Source: an uncultured virus (IMG/VR IMGVR_UViG_3300028179_000157) (taxonomy: Duplodnaviria > Heunggongvirae > Uroviricota > Caudoviricetes). From it: a stretch of 64,000 bases of DNA. Where the stretch lies: the IMG/VR virus record IMGVR_UViG_3300028179_000157; one strand, given 5' to 3'. Below the pieces are notes generated by a model. The model did not search any database and was not told the DNA's origin. It saw only the letters and a program-made list of their open reading frames with translations. A program made the position numbers and the translations under genes. Of the stretch, positions 1 through 10,136 are shown piece by piece. How positions within the stretch are numbered: position 1 is the first letter of the stretch; the number at the start of each line of letters is the position of its first letter.

Positions 1-2220
1 AACGAGCGCAACTTGATCCCGCAACTGGAGGCATGGCTGCGCCGCGTACTTGTGCGCTGGTTGATCCCCGGCTTCCAGTTGACCGACGACATGTACTTCG
101 GTGCAATGTTTGCGGCAATCGGTGCGAACATCCCCGGCAAGCTCATGGCGATCCGTGATGGCAATGCGCACACGCGCTATGCCCACAGCTTCCATATCCG
201 TGAGTTCCTGGCCAGCCACGGCAAGCTGGACACGTTCATCGATACGCTGACCAAGAAGCAGATGCTCTGGCTGTATCGCAACATCCGCTACATCGAGCGC
301 AATCCTGGTAAGCAGGAAACCTTCGATGACCTGCTACAGAACCTGCTGACCGAACGTGGCATCCCGCTGGCCAAGTGGGACATCCGTCATGATCTGGAAG
401 AACAGCCTGAAGATATCGCCCCGACTCCGCGTCTGTTCCGTACGGCGCTGAACTTCGGCTTCAACCAGACCGGCGATGATGTACGCACGGTTGGTCGCAT
501 GCTCGATGCTGAGCAGCCTGCGGCAAAGGATAACGCAGCCATCCAGGGCTACGAGGAACCACTGATCATTGAAGCCATTGAAACGGCAGCAATGGACAAG
601 TTCCCGACGAAGGTACTTGAATCGGCCATGCTGGATCTGACCGACTCGATGCCTTTCACGCTCTCGGACACGCTGCTCAACCACTGGATCTTCTGGGGCA
701 ACAACGAGCGCTACTCGCCTGTCATCACCGTGCCTGATCCCCGCTCGGGTGAGGGTGTTCGCATGACGGTGCGCAATGCGTTCATCGTTTACCTGTGGGC
801 CTACAACAAGGCTCGTGGCGTTGACCTGATCCGTCTGCCCAAGCTGGAAGCGCGCCACATCCTGCGTGACCCTGCTCCGCGTCCTTCGGAGCTGTGGACC
901 ATCGTGGATCGCAAGTACGTCAAGGACAACATCGTAGAGGCGCTCTACGCTGGGCACCCGGACATGATTCCTGCCAAGATCATTTCCACCGTGACCTTCT
1001 ACGAGGCCTGCCAGGACATCTTCAACTACACCATGCACCAGCGCGACGTTTACGCAGCGCAGGAGCACGAGATGACCCGCGGCATGACCGAGGCGCTTGC
1101 GCACCGGTTCTTCTACAACGTCCCCGTCGACTTCGGCATCAATCTGTACTACGAGGATTGGCTGACCGAGAACAACTACCTGATCCACGACTACAGCGTC
1201 CTGGAACTGGATCTGTTGGCTACCAACATCCTGCGTGCGGCAACCGGGATGGATAGCACCAACACCAAGTCGGCAAAGGAATTGCAGCAGGCGATGATCT
1301 CGCTGATGGAGCAGCTGTCCAGCTACGCCATCCAGTTCATTTCCTCCATCAACTCCGATGCACTGAAGATGGCAGACTTTGCTGTCATCCGACTGGGCGA
1401 TGACTACACCTCCGCAGGTGACGTCACGGATCTGTCCAAGCTGGCAGTGCGGGTGCTCAGTGCTGACACGTTGGCTCGACATGAAGTTGAGTACGACATG
1501 GTCGGGGACATGGTTGAGTTTGATGTAAGCTCCACCAAGTACCACGAGCTGAGCACTGACATGTCTGTCGGCTTTGAAGGTGGTGTGCAACGCGAGGTCA
1601 CCGAGAACGTGGATGTTCTCAACGTGCGCTTCTCCGTTGTGCAGGAACCGTCCAAGACGCTGGCAAGTCAGATCACCAGGACCACGCTGAGCGCCTTTGC
1701 GACCACTGCCCGCTTCACCGCGGGTAACTATCTCAAAGATGACAGCAACCCGTTGTTGGCAATGCCCAATGGTTGGTCGGTGATTCGCCGCATGAACGAT
1801 GACAACACCGCAGCAGTGTATCCCCATAATGCCACAGTCGCTCGTACGGGTGTGGTGGGTAGCAATGCCAAGGTGCTGGTGACCGCTGTTCCTCCGCGTA
1901 ACACCGCAGAGCTGGAGCGCTACACCGGAGTCATCGAACTGCAACTGCCGCTGTTGGATCTGGCAACGTACTTCACTGGCGCTAACCTGCGTTGGGATGG
2001 TAGTGTTCGCCCGATGGACGTCTACGAGGTTGTGGACTGGCTCAATCGCAAGTACGGCATGGAGCTGTCGCGTGATGAGTTCAACTACGTTGCTATCGCC
2101 ACCAATGCAACCACGGTGACGATGACAGCCTCGGCCAAGAGCATGCGACTGAAGGGGAGTTTCACTGTCCAAATTCCGGCCAGTGGCTTCCTGAGTAAGC
2201 TGACTGAAATGTTTGGCTAA
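1..2220 (+). CDS. Virion structural (baseplate/tail) protein, 5'-truncated by the window edge
   Basis: Frame is open from base 1 to TAA at 2218-2220 with strong codon bias. The C-terminal ~130 aa resemble the N-module of the downstream paralog array. Context is a tail gene cluster. Confidence 0.75.
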   Translation, partial: NERNLIPQLEAWLRRVLVRWLIPGFQLTDDMYFGAMFAAIGANIPGKLMAIRDGNAHTRYAHSFHIREFLASHGKLDTFIDTLTKKQMLWLYRNIRYIERNPGKQETFDDLLQNLLTERGIPLAKWDIRHDLEEQPEDIAPTPRLFRTALNFGFNQTGDDVRTVGRMLDAEQPAAKDNAAIQGYEEPLIIEAIETAAMDKFPTKVLESAMLDLTDSMPFTLSDTLLNHWIFWGNNERYSPVITVPDPRSGEGVRMTVRNAFIVYLWAYNKARGVDLIRLPKLEARHILRDPAPRPSELWTIVDRKYVKDNIVEALYAGHPDMIPAKIISTVTFYEACQDIFNYTMHQRDVYAAQEHEMTRGMTEALAHRFFYNVPVDFGINLYYEDWLTENNYLIHDYSVLELDLLATNILRAATGMDSTNTKSAKELQQAMISLMEQLSSYAIQFISSINSDALKMADFAVIRLGDDYTSAGDVTDLSKLAVRVLSADTLARHEVEYDMVGDMVEFDVSSTKYHELSTDMSVGFEGGVQREVTENVDVLNVRFSVVQEPSKTLASQITRTTLSAFATTARFTAGNYLKDDSNPLLAMPNGWSVIRRMNDDNTAAVYPHNATVARTGVVGSNAKVLVTAVPPRNTAELERYTGVIELQLPLLDLATYFTGANLRWDGSVRPMDVYEVVDWLNRKYGMELSRDEFNYVAIATNATTVTMTASAKSMRLKGSFTVQIPASGFLSKLTEMFG

Positions 2221-2260
2221 CGGCATAAGGGGAGGGGCTCGCGCCCCTCCCTCTATGTCC
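2221..2260. terminator. Bidirectional hairpin between convergent genes
   Basis: CGGCATA..GGGAGGGGC-TCGC-GCCCCTCCC..TATGTCC directly after the stop codon. Confidence 0.75.
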
Positions 2261-2278
2261 CCCTGCATCAGACGCTGA

Positions 2279-3325
2279 TTAGGTCAGCGGCTTGGACAGG
2301 GTGAAGTGGCCCAGCACACGAGCGGTGAAGACATCCTTGCGGATGGCCACAGCCGTCGCCGAGACCAGGTTGCCGAACAGGGCTTCCAGGTCCACCAGTG
2401 CCTGCAGCTTCAGGCCGTTGGCGCTGGCCGTCAGTTCGATGTCAGCCACCGACGGTTCGCCTTCGGTCACTTCCTCGCGCAGCAGGTACACGCCTTCTTC
2501 GACGTGCATCTTGAGGGTGACCTCACGGTCGCCGACAACACGCAGGCGGAAGTCGTACAGGCTGTCGATGGTCGCGCCGTCTTCCAGAGCGACCGGGTTG
2601 GCCACTTCGAAGAGCACCATGTACTTGGTGCCCGGCAGGACTTCGTGGCCGCCGTTGCTCCACTTGACCGGACCGTCCATGTTGGCGCCCACGCCGACGA
2701 TGGTTTCCTGGTTGGTGCCGACTTCGTAGAACACGTGGTCCACGATCGACGGATCCATGTCCGGATTGGTCAGCGACTCGGTGTAGGCGTTGAGCACCTT
2801 GCCGATGTGCGAGGGCTTGGCGGTCGGGTACTGGAAGCCGCGCAGCGTGGTGTGGGTGACGTAGCTCGGCAGCATGATCTTTTCAGCGATCAGCTCGACG
2901 GTCATTTCACCCAGGTAGACGTACGAACCCGGCTTGGCGCGCAGGGTCAGCGTGCCCGAGCCGAACTCGCCCGGATAGTCGCCGATGACTTCGACGTCGG
3001 TCGGTTCCAGCTGCAGGCCGTATTCGGCGTTGATCGCATCCAGCAGCGTGGCGTCGCTGATGACTTCCTTGGCGGAGAACTCGACTTCCTGGTCGATGAA
3101 CATGCGGTCCAGGAACAGGCGCTCGAAGCGCGTGGTGACCGGACCGTACCAGTAGCTGGTCGGCGAAGCGGTGACAGTACAAGCGGTATTGCGCTCGTCC
3201 TGGTTCAGGCTCAGCTGCACCGGAGCTGCGAAGATCAGCTCATCGAAGGTGAAGGTGGCGTCGTTGTCATCATTGATCAGGTCCAGGAGGAGTTCCTTGC
3301 CCGGCTTGTTCAAGTAATCGATCAT
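2279..3325 (-). CDS. Tail/baseplate-associated paralog 1 (phiKZ gp131-135-like family)
   Basis: N-module KPGKELLLDLIN...RLFLDRMF...INAEYG...LRGFQYP shared with neighbouring genes. Confidence 0.75.
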   Translation of the reverse strand: MIDYLNKPGKELLLDLINDDNDATFTFDELIFAAPVQLSLNQDERNTACTVTASPTSYWYGPVTTRFERLFLDRMFIDQEVEFSAKEVISDATLLDAINAEYGLQLEPTDVEVIGDYPGEFGSGTLTLRAKPGSYVYLGEMTVELIAEKIMLPSYVTHTTLRGFQYPTAKPSHIGKVLNAYTESLTNPDMDPSIVDHVFYEVGTNQETIVGVGANMDGPVKWSNGGHEVLPGTKYMVLFEVANPVALEDGATIDSLYDFRLRVVGDREVTLKMHVEEGVYLLREEVTEGEPSVADIELTASANGLKLQALVDLEALFGNLVSATAVAIRKDVFTARVLGHFTLSKPLT

Positions 3326-3402
3326 TTCTAGGTGCCTTTTCTGGGTGGAGCGGGGATGAGGAGACGCTCACATGATTCGCAAGCGGGGACTACTTTCTGG
3401 TG

Positions 3403-4560
3403 TTAGACGTAGAAGTTGACCGGGAAGTCGATGAAGAAGTCCGGCTTGTTCGGGTTGCGGCGATGCTTCAGCTTCAGGCGGAAGATCATTGCGCCACCGC
3501 GATACCACGAGGTCGAACCACCGCCGGTAGCCGAGATGTAGTTGACACCAGCCTGCGTACGAGCCACATGCGGGTAGGAACCAGCAGCCGGCTGAGCGCC
3601 CAGCCCCACAGCCATGGAAACGCGGAAGGTGGCGGCGGGGGTGATGGTGGTACGCAGCGGATAGAGCAAACCGGAGTCGCTCTTGAACGGTGCGGAGGTT
3701 CCGACCTGATCAGCCAGGGACAACTTCATTTCCGGACCCACGCCAGCTGCGCCGATCTCGATGATGCTGACGTCGTAGTCTTCCAGGATCTGCGAGTTCT
3801 TCAGAGCAACGCCATCCTTGGACGCGGTGACCGTCACGGCTGCAGTGGAGGAGCCCTGGTTGCTATAACGCCAGGCCATCTGTCGCACGCCATCGGCGCG
3901 GTCCAGTACCTGATACGGCGTCTGCGGGCGAACGTTGCCACCCATGTCCAGCTCGATCGACAACTTCAGATCACCATAGTCCTTGATGAACGAGTTGTAG
4001 AAAGTACTGCCGGCCTGCCGTGTGGCGGTGGTCTGGATCGGATTGTTCGGCGAGGGGATATCGCTGTTCGGATAACCGAAGCCGTCCAGATCCGTGACCA
4101 GGAGGCGTGCCGCCAAGGGCATGCGTTCCAGATCAACGAAGACGTCGAATTCGCCAGTGTAGGCGAGATTGTCAGCCTTGGCCTTGACCTTGTAAAGTTC
4201 CGGGAGATCGCCGTCTTCTTGGGGGATGACGTCAAACTCACGCACATCAAACTTCGTCCCGTAGGTGAAGTTGAGGTGGCAGATGATATCCGAAGCAGTC
4301 GCGCCCTTGGGGACAGACACTTCGGCCATCTGGCCGCTGAACACCGTGAGCAGATCGAGTCGGGAGAAATCGACATCGACGTCACGGTTCCAGGGTGAAT
4401 CAGGCGCGGCCTTCAGGTTGAGCAGGGTGTTGCCTTCAGCAGCACCACCTTCGGGAAGTCCGAAGATCAACTGATCTTCGGAGATCTCGGTCTCGTTCTC
4501 CTGATTGACGAGGTCAAGGATCAACTCCTTGCTCGTCTTGGCCAGGGGACAGACTTCCAT
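3403..4560 (-). CDS. Tail fibre/adhesin-like paralog 2
   Basis: MEVCPLAK start with GGAGAG RBS; conserved N-module ending ERMPLAARLLVTDLDGFGYP; divergent C-domain. Confidence 0.8.
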   Translation of the reverse strand: MEVCPLAKTSKELILDLVNQENETEISEDQLIFGLPEGGAAEGNTLLNLKAAPDSPWNRDVDVDFSRLDLLTVFSGQMAEVSVPKGATASDIICHLNFTYGTKFDVREFDVIPQEDGDLPELYKVKAKADNLAYTGEFDVFVDLERMPLAARLLVTDLDGFGYPNSDIPSPNNPIQTTATRQAGSTFYNSFIKDYGDLKLSIELDMGGNVRPQTPYQVLDRADGVRQMAWRYSNQGSSTAAVTVTASKDGVALKNSQILEDYDVSIIEIGAAGVGPEMKLSLADQVGTSAPFKSDSGLLYPLRTTITPAATFRVSMAVGLGAQPAAGSYPHVARTQAGVNYISATGGGSTSWYRGGAMIFRLKLKHRRNPNKPDFFIDFPVNFYV

Positions 4561-4593
4561 CAAACTCTCCTACTACTTAAAACGTGGAGGGGA

Positions 4594-5709
4594 TCAGCGG
4601 AACGCGGTACGCGTCACGACGATTTCCTTGGAGCGCTTAGTCTTGTGCTTACCACGCAGGGTAGCGATCAGCAAGCCGGTCGTACCAGCACTACCGCCGC
4701 CGCCACTGCCGCGGGACATGCCCAGGGTGATCATGCGCGGCTGGATATGGTTCTGAGCGGCCTGGCTGAAGTCCCACTCGAAGTTGAAGCCGGCCGTGGA
4801 GCGATAGCCGGCGAGCGTGCCGCCAGTGACGTCCATGCCGAGCGTGACGCCTTCCCCCTGCCAGGCAACCTGGCCATTGGGCTGAACCACCGGAAGCAGC
4901 GTGACCTTACCGCGAGTGGAGGCCATCTCCAGGGAGAAATCGTACTCGGCCATCAGCTGGACAAGCGAGCGCTGATCGCTGGCCGTGACAGCCGCCACCA
5001 GATGCGGGAAGCGATAGCTGCCGCTGCCGACGGGACTGCCCACGCCCAACGCTGCGCCTTGCGGATCACCGCTGACCATCGTCGGGTAGTTGACCGGGAA
5101 ACCGCGCACTTCGATTTCCAGCTTCACATCGCCGTTGTCACCGAAGCGGTTCTGCAGGTTGTTGACGATCGGGCTGTCGGTGTAGATGACGTTGTTCATC
5201 GACGGGACGTCAGCGTTCGGATAGTGGAAGCCATCCAGATCGGTCTGTAGGATACGCGCAGCCAGTGGCATGCGCTCCAGGTCCACGAACAGCGGGAACT
5301 CGCCGGTGTAGGCCAGGTTGTTGGGCAGAGCGCGCAGCTTGTACGGCTCGGGGATGCCGCCGTCTTCCTGCGGCAGCAGTTCGAACTCATCCACCTTGAA
5401 CGACATGTCGTAGGTGAAGTTGAGGTGACAGATGATGTCAGCCGCCGTGGCGTCCTTGGGCACCGACACCGACACGTCCTGACCGGCGAACAGCGTTGCC
5501 AGATCCAGACGATCGTAGACGACATCGACGAAGGAGTTCCAGGGGGAATCCTCGGCCGCGGCTACGTTCAGACCCGTGTTGCCATCTTCCGTGCTGGCAG
5601 TGGGGAGGCCGAAGACCAGCTGCTCTTCGGTGATGGTGGAACCGTTCTCGGAGTTGATCAGTTCGAGGATCAATTCCTTACCGGGTTTTGCAAGAGGACA
5701 GACGTCCAT
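4594..5709 (-). CDS. Tail fibre/adhesin-like paralog 3
   Basis: MDVCPLAK N-module; divergent C-domain. Confidence 0.8.
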   Translation of the reverse strand: MDVCPLAKPGKELILELINSENGSTITEEQLVFGLPTASTEDGNTGLNVAAAEDSPWNSFVDVVYDRLDLATLFAGQDVSVSVPKDATAADIICHLNFTYDMSFKVDEFELLPQEDGGIPEPYKLRALPNNLAYTGEFPLFVDLERMPLAARILQTDLDGFHYPNADVPSMNNVIYTDSPIVNNLQNRFGDNGDVKLEIEVRGFPVNYPTMVSGDPQGAALGVGSPVGSGSYRFPHLVAAVTASDQRSLVQLMAEYDFSLEMASTRGKVTLLPVVQPNGQVAWQGEGVTLGMDVTGGTLAGYRSTAGFNFEWDFSQAAQNHIQPRMITLGMSRGSGGGGSAGTTGLLIATLRGKHKTKRSKEIVVTRTAFR

Positions 5710-5803
5710 CTAAGTACCTGCTGTGGTGGGTGAAGCGTGGAGAGATTAACCGGTGGACCTTCCTTGGTCCTAGGTATGGGCGGGTAAGAACGAGGTGATG
5801 CTA

Positions 5804-6964
5804 TCAGACCGCGGTGGCGGCAGCCTGGATTTCCAACGTCTTGGCACGACCAGCCTTGCGAACTGCCCAGAGACGGTACTCCATCATGCCGGTCAGTTTG
5901 GTCGAACCCTGGCTCAGTCCCGGCCAGATGTTGGTGTTGCGATCAAGCGACATCGCATGCGTGCCATCACGCGGAACAGTGGTGAAGGCCCCGCGACCGA
6001 AGTTGTTGGGTCCATCGACCTGCCAGAAACCAGCCGTGTTGTAGTTCGAGGCGCCGGGAACATCACTGTCACGACGGTACTTGAAGGTACGAACCTGCCA
6101 CTGTTGAGAGGCACTCGCGCGCGAGCGAGTTTCCATGAAGACATCGTAGTCTTCGATCAGCTCGACCACCGTCTTGCCGACGTAACGCAGGCCGACGAGC
6201 ACGTTCCAGCTGGCTGCCTGCGTCAGGTTGCCATTGGTCTCCTGCCAGGTGGTAAGACGACGCGGTTCGCCGGCAGGCCCGTACTTGACGCCGATCGGGT
6301 AACGCGATTGCTGCCAGCCGCCGTTGGTATTGGAGGTACGCAGACCCAGGACAACCTCGGAGTTCTCACCACGATCGTAGCCGAGCTTGTTGTCCTGAGC
6401 GCCGCCATCATTCCACGCGCCGTCGACGTCCTTGAAGAACACCGGGTTGTTCAGCGACGGGCGGTCAGCGTTGGGGTACATGAAACCATTCAGATCCGTC
6501 TGCAGGATACGAGCCGAGAGCGGCATCCGTTCCAGATCGACGAACACATCGAAGGTGCCGCCGTAGGCCAGGTTGTTGTCGAGGGCTTCGACCTTGTACA
6601 ACTCGGGCAGGTCGCCGTCTTCGACCGGCGTCACCTTGAACTCGGTAACGTCGAACTTGGTGCCGTAGGTGAAGTTCAGATGACAGATGATGTCAGCCGG
6701 CGTTGCGCCCTTCGGAACGGAGATCTCTGCGCGTTCACCATGGAACAAGGTGTTCAGGTCGAGACGATCGTAGTCCACGTCCACGAAGCTGTTCCACGGC
6801 GAATCGGGCGCCGCGGTAAGATTCAGTCGGGTGTTCTGCTCGGAATCGGTGGACTGCGGTTCACCGAAGATGAGCTGCTCTTCGGTAATCGCCGAGGCGT
6901 TCTCGGCATTCACCAGTTCGAGGATCAGCTCCTTGCCAGTTTTGGCAAGAGGACAAACTTCCAT
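5804..6964 (-). CDS. Tail fibre/adhesin-like paralog 4
   Basis: MEVCPLAK start at 6964 with GGAG RBS; divergent C-domain. Confidence 0.8.
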   Translation of the reverse strand: MEVCPLAKTGKELILELVNAENASAITEEQLIFGEPQSTDSEQNTRLNLTAAPDSPWNSFVDVDYDRLDLNTLFHGERAEISVPKGATPADIICHLNFTYGTKFDVTEFKVTPVEDGDLPELYKVEALDNNLAYGGTFDVFVDLERMPLSARILQTDLNGFMYPNADRPSLNNPVFFKDVDGAWNDGGAQDNKLGYDRGENSEVVLGLRTSNTNGGWQQSRYPIGVKYGPAGEPRRLTTWQETNGNLTQAASWNVLVGLRYVGKTVVELIEDYDVFMETRSRASASQQWQVRTFKYRRDSDVPGASNYNTAGFWQVDGPNNFGRGAFTTVPRDGTHAMSLDRNTNIWPGLSQGSTKLTGMMEYRLWAVRKAGRAKTLEIQAAATAV

Positions 6965-6976
6965 CAGATTCTCCAA

Positions 6977-8932
6977 TTACGCGAGTGGATTGGTGCGGAG
7001 GTTGAATTCCATGTACAGAGGCTGTCCGCCCTTCTTCGGGGTCAGGGTCATCTTGACAACAACGAGCCCATGAACACGAGTGTAGGTGGTGCCGTTTGCG
7101 GTCTGCTGCCAGCGCGCCATGCCGGGGAACCAGGCATTGTTGGGAGACGGTGCCACCGAGATGGTGACCGCCGCAGCCGTATCCGGCGTAGGCAGGGTAA
7201 CGATCTGACTACCGACAACAGCGCCGTTCTGGTCCAGGAACTGCAAGATACGCGGTGCCGCCGGATCAGCACGCATGGTGCCGGACTTGATGGTCGGCTG
7301 AATACCCGCCTGACCCGAGGAGAACTCCCACGTACCGTCGTACTCGTCAAGGACCATCTGCGCATTGAACGGCTGGTTCTTGCGAGTGGACGCCATGCCG
7401 AAGACGATGAGCAGACTCTGGACAGGCGCTACGGCCGACTTCGCCTGATCGTAGGTGTGGTAGGTGATCGACTCATTGCCAGACAGGGTATTGCGCAAGT
7501 CTGAGCGGTTGACACTTTCACCAGCGAGTTGAATCGTTCTGCGGCCGAACGTGTACAACATCACCTTGCCGTCGTCAACGGTCTTGCCGCCCCGCAGATA
7601 CAGTGCGTTGTTGGCAGGGGTGGTGTGACCCGTCATGCCCAGCATGTTCTGACGATCGCCCCATGCAGGATTCTCGTCAATGACGATACCCACCTCAGGC
7701 GTTGTACGGAACTTGTACTCCAGACGAATCGGATCGGCCGGACCTTCCTTGCGAACCATCTCCAGGACCATCTTGCCGCGGCCACGGACTCGCGTGGTGA
7801 TCACAGAGTTGACAGTCTTGGAGATCGACCGCATGGCGGGAAGGGGCTCAGCGGGACCGGGGTAGAAGTCCGCCATGAGGTATCTGCCACCCTGCGCATT
7901 GGTACGCCCGGAACCCTGACGACGCGCGGCACCGGCGGCTGCGGTGGCCGCATCCGGTACGATGAAGAAAGAGTCAGCGCGATTCGGATCAACAGCGAGC
8001 GTGTAGACGCAGGTGACCTCGTCGTAGCCATGATGGGAACTGACAGTCGTCAACTTGATGTCGTACAGATCCAACAGTTCACTGGCGGTAGCCAGAGTGG
8101 TGGTACGATCAGCATGCATGAAACCGATACTGGGGAACATGCCGCCGCGAGGCGTGTTGGTGTACGCGTCGGGTTGTTCGACGATGTACTCGCCAGTCTC
8201 CTCATCGAAGGCATGCTTGAAGTTGGTGAAGTTCCGCGTCACGTCCTGACCAGGAACCCACTTCGCAGCGCCCACGGCAAGGAAGGCTTCGAACTCACCA
8301 TTATTGGCAGTGACAAAACCACTCATCCAACCCTGTTCCTGCTGCGCAGCCGGCGGCGGCGAATAGGAACCAATGGAAAGGAACCCACGGTAGTCGCTAT
8401 TGCTGTCGTAGTACACGTTGGTCAGGGTGGGCGGGCGATACGGGTAGCGGAACCCGTTGAGGTCAGTGACCAGCAGTCGAGCCGACAGAGGCATCCGCTC
8501 CAGATCCACAAAGAGATCGAAGGCGCCCGTGTAAGCCAGATTGTCGTCCTTGGCAGTGATGCGGTAGACCTCAGGGAGATCCCCGTCCTCGATGGGCGTC
8601 ACTACGAACTCGTTGACGTCGAACTTCATCCCGTAGGTGTAGTTCAAGTGACAAACGATATCCGAAGGAGTGGCACCTTTGGGTACGGAGATCTCCGGGC
8701 GTCCTGCGCCGAATACAACACCCAGGTCCAATCGGGTGTAGTCGAGATCAACAGAGTTGTTCCACGGTGCATCGGGAGCAGCGGCGAGATTGAGGGTCGT
8801 GTTGCCCTCAGCTGCGCCGTCTTCAGCAGTGCCGAAGATCAACTGCTCCTCTGCAATCGTGGTCTCGTTGGTCTCGTTGACCAAGTCAAGGACAAGCGCC
8901 TTGCTGGTTTTTGCGAGAGGACAGACCTCCAT
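6977..8932 (-). CDS. Tail fibre/adhesin-like paralog 5 (two tandem C-domains)
   Basis: MEVCPLAK N-module; 651 aa; C-region about twice the length of its siblings. Confidence 0.8.
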   Translation of the reverse strand: MEVCPLAKTSKALVLDLVNETNETTIAEEQLIFGTAEDGAAEGNTTLNLAAAPDAPWNNSVDLDYTRLDLGVVFGAGRPEISVPKGATPSDIVCHLNYTYGMKFDVNEFVVTPIEDGDLPEVYRITAKDDNLAYTGAFDLFVDLERMPLSARLLVTDLNGFRYPYRPPTLTNVYYDSNSDYRGFLSIGSYSPPPAAQQEQGWMSGFVTANNGEFEAFLAVGAAKWVPGQDVTRNFTNFKHAFDEETGEYIVEQPDAYTNTPRGGMFPSIGFMHADRTTTLATASELLDLYDIKLTTVSSHHGYDEVTCVYTLAVDPNRADSFFIVPDAATAAAGAARRQGSGRTNAQGGRYLMADFYPGPAEPLPAMRSISKTVNSVITTRVRGRGKMVLEMVRKEGPADPIRLEYKFRTTPEVGIVIDENPAWGDRQNMLGMTGHTTPANNALYLRGGKTVDDGKVMLYTFGRRTIQLAGESVNRSDLRNTLSGNESITYHTYDQAKSAVAPVQSLLIVFGMASTRKNQPFNAQMVLDEYDGTWEFSSGQAGIQPTIKSGTMRADPAAPRILQFLDQNGAVVGSQIVTLPTPDTAAAVTISVAPSPNNAWFPGMARWQQTANGTTYTRVHGLVVVKMTLTPKKGGQPLYMEFNLRTNPLA

Positions 8933-8947
8933 CTTTGTTTCCTCAGA

Positions 8948-10126
8948 TTACTGCGCGAAGAGCGCGGTGCGATAGATCAGTTCGATCGGCTTGGCCAGGC
9001 CTTTCTTGCGAGTTGCGGTGAGCTTGAAGGTCACCATACCCGTGCAGCAAGCCGGTCGCTGCGTCGTGCCAGGGATAGCCATGGTGGATGCTGTCAAGCT
9101 ACCGAACATGCCGGTCGGCGTGTAGGGGATACCGATGGTCGCTTCATAGCCAGTGACGCCGTTCTGAATCTTCTGGACCAGGTCGATACGCTGGCCGTCA
9201 GTGAACTCGACCCGCAGCCTGGTCCCAAACCGAATGACCTTACTGCTGCGGATGACGCCGCCGCCACCATTCAAGGCGCTCACGGTCATTTCCATCGCAA
9301 TGTCGTAGCCGTCGAGCAGATGTTCAAAATTGCCCTGTTCAGCCTTGAGCCCCATGAAGAGGCTAAGTACTGGCGCGTTGCGATAGATCGTGTTGTTGTA
9401 CAGTGCGCCCGTGCTTGTGCAGGTGTAGTACGGAGGGTTTGCGCTGGCGGAGTAACCAGCCGCCTGGAAGATGGCGGCGTTGTTCGTCGATGCCGACCAG
9501 CTGGAACGACCGCCCATGAACATTTCATCGTTCTCGGCGATTTCGAACCCATTCCGATTGCCAGTGGGCATGTGGCCAAACGCCCACGTTGCGGGCATGG
9601 TTTTGTTGTGAGAGACGACGACGTCACCACCGGCATTGTAGCCGAAACCATTCAGATCGGTCACCGTCAGTCGAGCCGACAGGGGCATGCGATTGAGGTC
9701 TGCAAAGACATCGACCGAACCGATGTAGGCCATGTTGCCAGCTTTCGCCGTAACCTTGTAAAGTTCCGGCAGCTCACCATCCTCCTGGGGAACAACGTCG
9801 AATTCATTGACGTCAAACTTCAGGTCGTAGGTGAAATTGAGATGACAGATGAGATCGGCGGCGGTAGCACCTTTGGGCAGGGACACCTCCGCGCGCTCGT
9901 TGTGGAACAACGTGCCCAGATCGAGACGATCGTAGGACGTATCCACAAACGAGTTCCAGGGCGCGTCAGGCGCTGCCGTGAGGCGGAGGGCAGTGTTACC
10001 GCCTTCCAGGCTCTCTTCCACTTCGCCAAAGATCAACTGCTCTTCGGCGATATTGCTCGAATTCTCCTGGTTGACCAGATCGAGTACGAGCAGTTTGCTG
10101 GGCTTTGCCAACGGGCAAACGTCCAT
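8948..10126 (-). CDS. Tail fibre/adhesin-like paralog 6
   Basis: MDVCPLAK start at 10126 with AAGGAG RBS. Confidence 0.8.
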   Translation of the reverse strand: MDVCPLAKPSKLLVLDLVNQENSSNIAEEQLIFGEVEESLEGGNTALRLTAAPDAPWNSFVDTSYDRLDLGTLFHNERAEVSLPKGATAADLICHLNFTYDLKFDVNEFDVVPQEDGELPELYKVTAKAGNMAYIGSVDVFADLNRMPLSARLTVTDLNGFGYNAGGDVVVSHNKTMPATWAFGHMPTGNRNGFEIAENDEMFMGGRSSWSASTNNAAIFQAAGYSASANPPYYTCTSTGALYNNTIYRNAPVLSLFMGLKAEQGNFEHLLDGYDIAMEMTVSALNGGGGVIRSSKVIRFGTRLRVEFTDGQRIDLVQKIQNGVTGYEATIGIPYTPTGMFGSLTASTMAIPGTTQRPACCTGMVTFKLTATRKKGLAKPIELIYRTALFAQ

Positions 10127-10136
10127 GGTCTTCTCC

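Noticed and set aside
3403..10126. Diversity-generating retroelement or shufflon behind the paralog array
   Set aside because: No reverse transcriptase or invertase in the window. The repeats are 5' constant regions differing mostly at synonymous sites, not adenine-specific TR/VR pairs. Every copy has its own start codon.
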